Source: Octopus sinensis
Lineage: Eukaryota
Direction of reading: 5' to 3'
DNA: 64,000 bases
Assembly (NCBI RefSeq): GCF_006345805.1
Contig: NC_043003.1
Span: 17,236,001 to 17,300,000 of the forward strand
Shown here: piece after piece, positions 38,125 through 50,885 of the stretch
Numbering within the stretch: position 1 is the first letter of the stretch
Layout of the letters: the number at the start of each line of letters is the position of its first letter
Made by a program: the position numbers and the translations under genes
The notes under the pieces: generated by a model
What the model saw: the letters and a program-made list of their open reading frames with translations, nothing else
What the model was told of the DNA's origin: nothing
The model's database searches: none

Positions 38125-38655
38125 GATGTGTGGTACACTGTGTACCTGTTCAGATATGTGGTACACTATGTACCTTTTCAGATGTGTGGTACACTTTGTA
38201 CCTGTTCAGATGTGTGGTACACTATGTACCTGTTCAGATGTGCGGTACACTATGTACCTGTTCAGATGTGTGGTATGCTAAGTACCCGTTCAGATGTGTG
38301 ATACACTATGTATCTGTTCAGATGTGTGGTACACTAAGTACCTGCTCAGATGTGAGGTACACTATGTACCTGTTCAGATGTGTGGTACACTATGTACCTG
38401 TTCAGATGTGTGGTACACTATTTACCTGTTCAGATGTGTGGTACACTATTTACCTGTTCAGATGTGTGGTACACTATGTACCTGTTCAGATGCGTGGTAC
38501 ACTATGTACCTGTTCAGATGTGTGGTACACTATGTACCTGTACAGATGTGTGGTACACTATGTACCTGTTCAGATGTGTGGTACACTATGTACCTGTTCA
38601 GCTGTGTGGTACACTATGTACCCGTTCAAATATTATGTGTGGTACACTATGTACA
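38125..38655 (+). repeat. Minisatellite, about 19 x 28 bp (tgttcagatgtgtggtacactatgtacc)
   Basis: Contiguous units with point variants and no unique spacers. Confidence 0.95.
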
Positions 38656-38816
38656 TGTTCACATAATGTCAATTTGATGGAGTGAGGGACCTAATGTATA
38701 ACACAAACATTAGATCGCTATAAACAAATCATTTATGCTGGTTGTTCAGCAAGAAATTGCAGGAGTGAATTGATTGAATTCCAAGAGATTATCACATCTA
38801 TCTATCTATCTTTCTT

Positions 38817-38895
<79 letters not shown>

Positions 38896-39040
38896 TTGTG
38901 TGTGAGTACTTCAAGAACATTTTAATTTTCAACCCATTTGAAAACTACAATTGCTAGCTTTTAATATCCATATGTTTGTGTTTGAAACTAACTTCCTGTG
39001 TTTTAGTTTATCCAATTTTTTATTCCACATTTTCCTTTAG

Positions 39041-39046
39041 GAGAAA
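39041..39046 (+). CDS. Possible 6-nt symmetric microexon GAGAAA
   Basis: Strong pyrimidine tract (tttttattccacattttcctttag) but weak donor gtaata; phase 1 to 1, so not required by the frame. Confidence 0.25.
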
Positions 39047-39411
39047 GTAATATTAATAATTTTAAAATCCCAGCAACTAATAATAACCACATTTGACAAC
39101 TTGAATTAAATAGTGCTGGAAGTTTGTTATTTTTCATTTACAAAAAAGCAAACATTTAATTAAGAATATTAACTGCAAAATACCAACTACATACTTACAT
39201 TTCTGCTTGATAAATTAATGGCTGCATGTTAAAATACTGAAGTAGCTTTATTAATTATATTATGTACAAAGAAATATATATAAATAAGAAAAATCTCAGT
39301 GAATTCAATGTATCGTTACTCTGTGTGTAGCACGAGCTCTGCAGTTATAATTTGCTATATTATAAGAACGATTTACATTTAAGATATTTAGTGTCTAATC
39401 GTTGATTGGCT

Positions 39412-39443
<32 letters not shown>

Positions 39444-39962
39444 TATATATAAATGTGTGTATATATATACATATACACATATATATAAATGTGTGTATAT
39501 ATATACATATACACATATATATAAATGTATATATATATATATATATATGTATGTATGCATTTGTATGTATATATATACACACATATACATATATATGTGT
39601 ATATATGCATATATATTCTACTACCTATTTTTAATATTTTCATAGCAGCATAACAATATAGCAATTAACCAAAATATACCAATTTGTTATAACATTCTAT
39701 ACATTCGTTAAGTAGTATTTCTAGAATATAAAATATTATAGAAATTTTGATGTTAAATATAAAAATAATTTACATGTATTTAAATAGTTGTAAAACAAAA
39801 TTCTGTCGGTATGAATTTTTTTAATATATATTTTTTTCCTTGTTTTTTTGTACATGTGAAATTGTACTTTCAGTAACCAGAAATTAATCTTCGAGTTAAA
39901 TTTAAACAGTCTTATTTATACGTTACAGTGTAGCCAATTTTAAACAAGTGTATAAAAACATA

Positions 39963-40374
39963 TACTCTTTTACTCTTTTACTTGTTTCAGTCATTTGACT
40001 GTGGCCATGCTGGAGCACTGCCTTTAGTCAAGCAAATTGACCCCAGGACTTATTCTTTGTAAGCCTAGTACTTATTCTATCGGTCTCTTTTGCCGAACTG
40101 CCAAGTTACATGGACGTAAACACACCAGCATCGGTTGTCAAACAATATTGGGGGAACAAAGACAGACACACAAACATACACACACACACACATATATATA
40201 TACATATATACGACGAGCTTCTTTCAGTTTCCGTCTACCAAATCGACTCACAAGGCTTTGGTCGGCCCGAGGCTATAGTAGAAGACACTTGCCAAAGGTC
40301 TTACACAGTGTGACTGAACTTAGAACCATGTGGTTGGTAAGCAAGCTACTTACCACACAGCCACTCCTGCGCCT
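39963..40374 (-). mobile_element. tRNA-derived SINE, family A
   Basis: Reverse complement of 62428-62888. Confidence 0.8.
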
Positions 40375-40871
40375 GTATTTTGATATTTTAGGAAAATTGT
40401 TTTAAAGAAGTAAAGAAACTAAAAAAATCTTTGTGGGAATTTGTTATTATAGGTGGTGCTCCAGCATGGCCACTATCAAATGACTGAAACAAGTAAAAGT
40501 AAAAGTATAGAAATATACCATCATTTGAAGTTGGAATAAAATATTATAAAATATTTATTACTAATTTATTTTTAAGGCTATCTCTACAGAAATTTATTTT
40601 TAAGGCTATCTCTATAGAAATTAAAACCAGCCTTGGTTTGTTAGGAAACTTATCAGTGCTGTTTCAATAGACAATCTGCAGAGATAACCTTAAAAAATGA
40701 TCTAATGGCACTGCTAACTCCGTAGGACAGTGTTGACTCATAAAACCTTTAAAATACTTGGTAGTATATTACAGGTGCTTAACAAAATATGGTGCCCCTA
40801 CAAGTAACTAATATTAATAAGTGTAATATCAAAAAAATTCATGTGTATAATATTATAGAGGATATCAAGAT

Positions 40872-41076
40872 ATATTCTGTTGTGTCTGGGAAGAGTCATT
40901 TTCTTTTTGTGCCTTATAATGTAACACACTCACTGGTAAAATTTTCACTTATTTCTTATTTTTATTTTCCTAAAATTTTCGTCGAGTCTTGCAACCTTTT
41001 CAATAGTCTTGACTCTGAGTGTGTTACATTATAAGGTACAAAAAGAAAATGACTCACTTCAGACACAACAGCATAT
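40872..41076. mobile_element. Short MITE-like element with about 60-bp inverted arms
   Basis: 40872-40932 versus 41016-41076; same arm family as 25011-25604. Confidence 0.65.
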
Positions 41077-41453
41077 GCTTCTACACACACATGTATGTAT
41101 GCATATATGTAATCATGTATGTATATAAATTTGTATAATAATAAATATCTAGAACCATATGTAAATCTAATTTTCAAAATGAAAATCAGTATATTCAGTG
41201 AACAGGAATGTTTGAGAAAAAAGATTAACTTTTATAATAAATTAGAACATTGAGAACTATATCACACGGATTACTGTTAAAGATATTTAGAATTAACATA
41301 GTTATTAGCTTTTGTCCTTAAATTGAAAATCAATATCCTAGCAATTTAAAACTGGGTATAATTGATTTTGTCTTTGTCTAAAATATATGTTGTCAAAGCA
41401 TGATAGTTCTGTGTTGTTCAACAAGTCTGTATTTGCCCTGCTTGCTATCACAG

Positions 41454-41672
41454 CTGCCGAACCAGAGCCGAAAGAAGAAGCGCCCGCGCCCGCGCCACAG
41501 CCGCCTCTTCCCACTGTCAATGAGCCCATCGCTGATGAGGATGCAGGTAAAACACCAAAATCCCGATCTCCCTCACCCCAATTCCAAGCTCCAAACAAAG
41601 ATATGCCAAAAAAGGCTAAGTCTCCTCAGCCATATCGGAAACAACCTACAACTATTTTTGAGTACGAAGAAG
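41454..41672 (+). CDS. unc-22: Twitchin exon N, Pro/Glu-rich PEVK-like (AAEPEPKEEAPAPAPQPPLPTVNEPIADEDA), with a proximal donor after 41546 or a distal donor after 41672
   Basis: Acceptor cttgctatcacag; GC-rich island in an AT-rich intron; both donors (gtaaaa, gtaggt) are phase 1; lies within ORF 41387..41680. Confidence 0.8.
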
Positions 41673-41863
41673 GTAGGTAATGCGCATGCAACAATGAAAC
41701 CAACCTCTACTGATATTCCGCATGGGCATTTGTAATGGCGGCATAGGATCTGCTAAAGAAGATTACAACTAAAGGTTGGCATTTTGTTCATCAAAAGGGT
41801 ATTTCCAACTAGAAAAGGCAGTTTATTGAGCATTATTGCTCATATATATATATAAATATATAA

Positions 41864-41917
<54 letters not shown>

Positions 41918-42024
41918 ATACATTCGTAAGCAGTAATCTATATGTATGTGTATGTATGTGTGTATGAATGTGCATGTGTATGAGTGAGTGTGTGAGTGAA
42001 GTGAGTGTAGGTATGTTCATGCAT

Positions 42025-42055
<31 letters not shown>

Positions 42056-42219
42056 GTGTGTATATATATATAATACATATGTAAGCAGTAATCTATATGT
42101 ATGTGTATGTATGTGTGCATGAATGTGCATGTGTATGAGTTAAGTGAGTGTAGGTATGTGCATGCATTTTATATATATATATATATATATAAATCTAGCT
42201 TTATACTTAAATGTAATTC

Positions 42220-42252
<33 letters not shown>

Positions 42253-44413
42253 AATATATATATTGAGTTGGTTTAAGTCATTGGAGGGCAGTCGTGCAAG
42301 GACATCTCTTTCAAGCATTGTTCTTTAATTAACAACACCATTTTGACACCTGTATATTTTATCAACTTTGGAAGATGGAAAATCAGAAGGAACCAGGGTG
42401 GGATTTGCAATCAGAACAAAGTTATGTGCAACGAAATATTAGAGCTTACTGATTCTGCTGTTCACCTGCTGATATACATCCTTCAGCCTTCTATGTAAAT
42501 TCTATCTACCAACTTCCATCCACATGGCATTAACTAACTCTGCAGTGTGATATAAGACCCTTCTCTAATGTTGTATGCAGTAGGATTGAACCCATATATA
42601 GAGATAGAATGAAGGCAAATGGCCTAGAGGTTACAGTGTTGCACTCTTGATCAATTTCTGGACAAGGTGATATATTGTGTTTTTGAGTAAAACACTTTAT
42701 TTTGTGTTGCTCTGTGATAACCTTGACATTTGACATGTGGTACATAATGCATCGGATAACCAATGTTGATTTGATGGATGCAATGAGCTCAGGTATAGCG
42801 TTCAGCAAGAAAATGTGGAACCCTCATCTGTTGAGAATTACAGGAAAGTCCACTCAATATATATGAAATGCTTTTCGGTTGCAAGTTAAGTTGCTGAAAA
42901 TACAAGCAATATTTTAGAATTCAGTTTATTCCTTTTTCTTTAAAAAAGACCCCTGTTAAAAGAAATCATGTTATTTTGGCAAACTTTCTTGTTAAGGGTC
43001 TTTGGAGCATTTCTAACAGAAACCTCTGATGATGTGATGATCTAGGATTGCATATAGCTATCCTGATGGAACCTGTTTTGTGATTGGCACCAAAACACAT
43101 GTACGGATGTTGTAAATAAATAATGTCCTGCTATGCTCTCCAGATTTCATTTGTGTGTATATATATATACATATATATATGATCATAGCCAGGTGAAGTT
43201 GTTGGGACACTGTGGCGACATATGACATATGTCTTGCATCTTGCACATTTTTAAGTGTTTGAAGCTTAATCTTTTTCTAACTCTGAATATGGCTGATTTC
43301 CCCCTAGAGAGAAGGAGAGTGGAGAATCAATAATACTGGCCTGGGGCTTTATTTGCTGAACCTATGGGATGAAATACAAACACAACCCTTGCACTCAGGT
43401 GTTGTAACTCTACCAAATCACCACATATATATTTATATATATATATGCATACATACAAGTTCATATATATATATATATGCATAGAGAAACATATTGGGGT
43501 TGCGATTCTTCTACATACTAATTTCAATTATAATACTAACTCCTATTATTGAACCATTTTGGAATTTATGAAATCACCATCAGTGAAGATAATTTATGAA
43601 TGAAACCTAGTGATGATAACGTATGCATGCATTAAGGTATGTATGTATGTATGTATTTATGTATGCATGATGGGTGTATGTGTTTGATAGAAATCTAGTT
43701 CTTCATTCGTATGCCATAGTAAACATTTGAAGCATATTCTCCCACAAAACATGTTAAATATTTCAGCATGGATCGTTATATTTTAATGCAAGAACCTATA
43801 TTGGGTTTAGTAAATTAATTATCTAAAGCATACAATAGTAATTTATTCTATACTTAATTTGTTAGGTAAATAATATTTGAAATTTTAATCTTTAAAATTG
43901 AATTAATGCATCAAAATTATGTATTTTTTAAAAAGAAGAAATCTCTATAATCATTTTTCATTAGAAATTCATTTGCTGTCTTAAAATATGAAAGATTTAA
44001 TTCATAACAGAGGTAAGCTCCAATTTCCAAAGTTATATATATTTTAGTAACTTCAGTTTCAAAATGATTAGTATTACATTGGTAATGAATTATACACTAA
44101 TATAACAAGTGATTTTAAAAGTACATCCATTATAGTATTACACATGAACTCTATTTTATAGAAAATAAGACACCATCAAGGTTCTTCAATTGAAATATCA
44201 TTTTAAAGTTTCAGTTAGATCTTTTTGCATTTAAGCATATTATTGTATCTAAATTAGTCAAGTATTGTTTTAAAAGCCAAAAAATAATGGAAGTTATGAA
44301 AATTATTAATACAAGCCAGTGGTTCGTACTATTAACCTTGTATTTCAATATTTCAATATTTCAAAGTGAAGGCCCTATCTTGGATTAAAAAATATAATTT
44401 AAAACATTTATCG

Positions 44414-44444
<31 letters not shown>

Positions 44445-44475
44445 ATATATATATAATATATATATATATCACAAC

Positions 44476-44523
44476 GTCTCCGATGAAGGGATATAATAAA
44501 TATCCTGGAAACAGCTGTAGGAC
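44476..44523 (+). ncRNA. Second copy of the hammerhead-like motif (core CCGATGA variant)
   Basis: GTCT-CCGATGA-AGGGATAT(AATAA)ATATCCTG-GAAAC-AGCT-GTA-GGAC; flanks match 10400-10520. Confidence 0.45.
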
Positions 44524-46899
44524 CTATCTATAAATGTTCCAAAATCTACTCAGCTTTGGTTTTTTATCTCATTACAAAAAATTTTTTATATATATATCAG
44601 ATAATGCTTGATGCATACTACATTCTATTATAGTATTATTGAAGAAAAATGCATAAAAATAAATGATGCAAAGACTGTTATTATATGAACATTTTATTTA
44701 ATATTACAATATTATATGAAAATTTTATATCAAGATATAATGTCTAGCAAAAGTAACTTAGCTATACAACAAAAAAAGTGTTTAATAATTGGAGAGGTAA
44801 TTTAAAAATGATTCCTAGAACTTAGCCAAATTAACCTAAAATATAGTAGTGAACTATTTTGTCAATGAATTAAAGAAAAAAATTAGAGATAGAGTAATTC
44901 ATGTCTCCTAAATTTTGTTACTAATATCAAATCTCAACAAAACTTTATCTTCATGTAAATTAGCTTCGTTATTTGAAAATAAGAATGATTTCTTTAATGA
45001 ATTCAGGGCCATACAATTAGGGGTAGTGGTATGGTTACTTATTTCAACTGCAATACTTCACAGGTACTGGTGCTTATTTTATTGACCCCAGAAGGATGGA
45101 AAGTGAGGATAACCTTGGCAGGATTCAAAATCAGACCTTAAAGAGGCGTAACTACATACTATCTGCTTCTTTATCAATTCTGTCAATGCATCGTCGTTTA
45201 ATAATAACAATAATAATAATAATAAAAGCATTAATGACAATAATAATAAAGTAATAACAGCAATAATAATTTCTTGCATTCTATGATTATAATAATGGTA
45301 GCATTAGTAATAATAATAAGCTTCTCTAAATTAAAATAATGGCAATACATAATGATAATAATAATAATAATAATAATAGTAATAATAATAATAATAATAA
45401 ATGCATTAATAACAATAATAATAAAATAATAACAGCAAAAATAATTTTTTGTATTCTATGATAATAATAATGGTAGTATTAGTAATAATAATAAGCTTCT
45501 CTAAATTAAAATAACAGCAATACATAATAATGATAATAACAATAGTAATAATAATAATAATGGTAATAATAATAATAATGATAATAATAATAATCTTTCT
45601 AATATAGGCACAAGGCCTGAAATTTGGGGGCAGTGGGGTAGTCGATTATTAGTACTTATTTCATCGATCCTGAAAGGATGAAAGACAAAGTTGACCTCGG
45701 CAGAATTTGAACTCGGAATGTAAGGATGGACAAAATGCTGCAAAGCATTTTTCTTTGCATGCTAATGATTCTACCAAAAATGGAATCATGTAAACACTTA
45801 AAGGGGAAAACAGGTATATGTAAATTGTAAAAAATCTTTGTTATGAGAGTCAAATAATCACCAGCAACAATCACTGTAAAGTAAATAATGAAATATCTCA
45901 AAATTACCAGAAAAAAATGTGTGATTAACATCAATTAGAAGAGTAGTACTATATAAAAAAAACAGTGGTGAAGGCTCCATCGAGTTGTTGACCTGCTAGA
46001 AATAGAAGGTGCATTTCCTTTAAATTAAACCAATGCCTTAAGAAGGAAGGGTCTCATTGGATCATGTAGTTTGAGATATGCCTTATCTGAGACAAATGGG
46101 ATGACAATGGCTAGAATACCTTCGATTATTCTACATCTGTTTAGTCAGGGCTAAATTATGAGTTTCATAACAACAGTAAATCTTGTTGGAATTTTGAGTA
46201 CTAAATATGCCAAAAAAAAGAAGAATGTGAAACAAGATATCTAAATTAATTGTGAAAATATCCAAATTAATTTGTGAAAATAATTTACAAAATTACTTTG
46301 ATTATTAATATGGCATAACTATCAAGAAATTCTAGACACAGTGCTGGAATAGAAGAAAGAATTCTTCTTAAAAACTACTCATCTACAGAACTTATAGTTA
46401 TGGGGTTAGTAGACTGGCACATTGGGCTGGGCTGTACTAGTAAGGAAAAATAAATGGTTCAAACTAAGAAACACAAACACCAACCCTTAAATTAATAATG
46501 AAATATTCCTTATATATATAATATATTGAAATTAGATATTATAGATTGTTATCATGGCAATACTGATTAGAAACTTATGTGGAAGGATAGTAGAGATTGA
46601 TAAGGAAAGAAAGTGCATGAGGAAGAGTTGAATAAGAGAGAAATAATGTTTGAAATCTGAAACAGAAAATTATGAAAATGTGAAAACAGACTGATTTCTC
46701 TGCCTTTAAACAATACTGAAGAATAGAATATTCTGGTCCATCGAGGGCTATTCAGAAATACCTTTGATAATACTCATAAGTAGTGATCATAATTGTACTA
46801 CTTTTTTTTAAAATGCCAACGCATGCAATATTTTTTTTTCACAATTAAAATACAACACCAGCTACATTTCTTTAAGATTTTATCTGGCTCCTAATTACA

Positions 46900-46962
<63 letters not shown>

Positions 46963-49900
46963 TAAGTCTATATATGAATATATAGTATAGTATATTGTGT
47001 AAAATATATTACAATATATATATATATAATATATAATATATATATATACATTTATAATATAAATGTATTATATATAATATGCATATGACAGGCAATTCTT
47101 AAGTTCAAATTCATAGTCAATTCTAAACATATATTTATATAATATTTAAACATAAATATATTATATATCTATATATCTATCTTTGCATCTATCTATTTAT
47201 ATATATAATTGACTAAGATTAATTTTGAGCTTCAGTTAATGTCGACGAAAGAGTAGTCAACTTCAATAATATATATATATATTTTTACTTAGCTAAAACA
47301 CTGAAGAAGTGTTCTTCACACGACTGAAAAGTACAGTATAATGTGTGTCAGTATGTATGTGTGTGCATGTGCATGCATGTATGTGCATATGTGTGTATGT
47401 ATAATATATATTATAGTGTATAATATCTTTTATATGCACATTTAAACGTGTGTATACTATACACATGTATATTATGTTATACTTCATATGATTCATATAT
47501 ATATATATATATGTTAATATGTATATATATATAAGGATTTCTTTATTTTTATTATTATTGTGTATGTTTACATGTATGTGTGTGTGGTATTTGTGTGTGT
47601 GTAAGTGCTGTATGTGTGTGTCGTATGTGTGTATGTGTGTGCTTGTGTGTATGTGCTGTTTGTGTGTGTATGTGCTGTGCTGAGTGTGTGTGTGTGTGAG
47701 TGTGTGTATTATTTGTACTTGTGTGGTGAATGTATGAAACAGCTTTACAGTCCTCATACTGAAAGCTAAATGAATGGTCTGCAAATAACATAATTTTGAA
47801 CTACCTTAGTTTTCAAGGAAGTCTACCTTGTTACTTAAATTCACTGGAAGCCAGAAAAATCTTGAAATATTTTAACAAGCTAACTTGTAAATGAGCACTA
47901 TTATATAACACAATATTGCAAAAAAATATATATTTTACATCAGTTACACATATTTTAGTCTTGCATATTACCTAACTATCTATCTATCTAGCTGTCTCTC
48001 TCTTTGTTTCTCAATGTATCTATCGATGTATCTCTATATTAATCTATCATTATTATCAAAAAAGCAGTATTATAACACACGCTTAATGTCTGTGCGCTGG
48101 TCTCGTGAATTTTTATATCAGTAATATTGGTTTGCTGGTAATGTGTAGTTGATGTTCTAACCAAAGTTAAAAAGTTTTTGATAAACAGTTTCTGTCAGTA
48201 TACCACCCGCTAAAACTGCTTATTATAAACTTTTTATTATTATTATTATTCTTAAAGAATTGCATGTAGCACACATTTGGTAGTTCTGATTAATAAGAGA
48301 ACGAATATTATATTTATTAAATTTGAATGATTGCTGTTATGAAATATCAGAATGCAGGAAACTTTAGTGATATTGATTTGTTTATATTTCTCAGTAAATT
48401 CAAGACATCTGTCTTTGCTGGAGGTTTGTTATATTTAATAACAAAGTTTTATAATTGAACATCAAAGTGCTACATTTAATTATAGAACTATGTCATCAAA
48501 TGAACAAACCAACAGTCACATTTGAATTTGTTATCAGTGATTTTCAAGATGATATACACAGCCAGCAGCCACCATTCAATTTTAATTAAGAAATTGCGTT
48601 TTATAAATTCTGTTTTACTGGAAATCATCACTTACGAATATGTGCTACAAATAATTCATCAAAAGACTTGCATCATTATTGAAGTAACTTTCCAATTAAT
48701 CTCAAAGGTAAAATAATTTTATGTATCTAAAACATGTAGATTAGAAAGCTTGTTTATTAATAATAACTCATGATGGGTGTATGTGTCTTTCCACAGTCAA
48801 GATGTTCATCATTCATAATGTAAAAATATAGAAGTAATTCTGATTTCACTCTGTTAGGTATGAGACTAATGTTCTCTAAGGAATATTCTTGTTTTCACTT
48901 CATTACTTGTATTTATTCTGGCAACCTAAATAGGTGATTTGAATTCAGCACCATCTAATACTGAAATAAGATACAATAATTATTTTCATCTGATGTTATC
49001 TGTCTAAATCATTTCTATCATTGTATACATAAAACTATATTAAAATGACCTCTATTGTAAGGCTTTGCTATTAAATATAATTGACTAAGAATATTTATTT
49101 TCAAAGGTAGCAATGAAATATAGATATATTAAGGCTTTGTCAGAACACAAAAACCGTAGCATAGAAGCTCAAGTTTAAATGAATTTGAAACTTGATTTAC
49201 ATTAAGTTCTGTAGAATAAATACAGAATACATATCAAAACACTATGTGAATGAAAGAATTTCAAAAGTGCAAGGCCAAATGATGCTTTTGGTATTTCCTC
49301 ACATTATTCTAAACCTGCAGATATATAATAGTTTATAGAATTTCTACATAACTATGACATTGATTAATTTTTGAAAAACAAGATTCTTAAATTTTCACTT
49401 TCATAGAAAATGGCTAGTTTTACATCAATTATATTTCTGTGTAGATTAGAAATAGTTTTTGATGAGTTTGGAAAGAATGCTCATTGTCTGCTTGGCATTG
49501 ATTAAGAGTTATCTTAAGTTAATTTGTCCAGATTTTTGAAATATTGTCAACATTCTAAGAGGCATTAAAATCATATTTTTTTATGACTGTAAGGAAAAAG
49601 ATAATGTCTGGACGATATTTTCCAACTGTCACCACTCATTTTTAGATAGAGGAACATATTTTTTGTGAATATATAACATGGACCCCCTTTATTTTAATGT
49701 TTTACTTTCACTAAGTTTGTGGAAGTGAAAAAGATTTTTAAAATTGCAACTTTCAAAATTAAAGTCGCTATTTTGGTATTGAAAGTTACAAACCAAATTT
49801 TACAAAATATCCAGTTCTTCTGGAAGAAATATCTGAAGAAAGCAGGATGCAGACCAGTTTATGAAATTATATATGAAAGCAGAGTTGTAACTATTACAAT

Positions 49901-50844
49901 ATATAATATAATGGAGAATTGAAACCAATTATTTCTTTTCCTTTTATTCATGAAATGTTATGAATATAATACTCATAACAAGAAACTAAAACTGTGTTCA
50001 AACTTATGTTAGGATAAAACTGTAACTTAATTACCTGGCAATGTGTTTTAATAGATTTTCAGTGTTAATTTCATATTAGTATATTTTTTTCACTGATACA
50101 TTGTGAGCTTCTCTCATTGCCATGTCAGCAATTATGCCTGTAGTCATCTACATATGATGCGGCAGTTACATGATGATGCAGAAGTTTTTGAAGCAATCAA
50201 TGATAGCAATCAGCCATGAATTACTATTTATAATTGTAATGTGTGATAATGACGTTATAAATACTGTGCAATTATAATGTTAATTGCATGACAATTTGAA
50301 AGGATTATAAATCAGTGATAAATTGATCAATAATAATTTTCCTCAGCATATCAATGTAAAAGCCACAAAACTTCAATTCAAAAAACAAACTTTGTACAAC
50401 TAATGCCATCTATATATCTCAATGAGAACATGAAATCTATGAACTTCATTGATCAATCTGTTACATAGAACACATAAGTACAGCATTTTCTCATTGACTG
50501 GCCATACATTTACAATGAGGAGTCATTACAGCACATTACAATGCAGTACACAATGCAGATAGAAAAATATCAGTTGATAACACTACTATTCTATATAAAA
50601 CTTAAAAGATAAAACTAGATTTATTCTGGAAGCATTATTTATAGCAAAACACAAACCAGAAATCAACATACAAATAAAGCGCATATAATAAAATAAAACA
50701 AGAAAGAAACAGAGATAAATGGGCTGGCTCTGGCTATCAGTACATAGAGAGGTTCATATCAAGAGATTTGAATTCTCCCTAAACTTTGCCTTCAGCACTA
50801 ACAAATTGCTTTAACAATGACATTGCCTGATGCTCCATGCTCTA

Positions 50845-50885
<41 letters not shown>

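Noticed and set aside
38125-38655. CRISPR-like regular array with palindromic 28-bp units
   Set aside because: Units are contiguous with no unique spacers, there are no cas genes and the context is eukaryotic; it is a minisatellite. The same applies to 9425-9696.
44011-44012. cag/AG/gtaagc, a 2-nt phase 1 to 0 microexon
   Set aside because: Poor pyrimidine tract and implausibly short; upstream acceptors give stops
48395-48423. 29-nt pseudo-exon (phase 1 to 0, VNSRHLSLLE)
   Set aside because: Weak donor (gtttgt), and the composition does not resemble neighbouring exons
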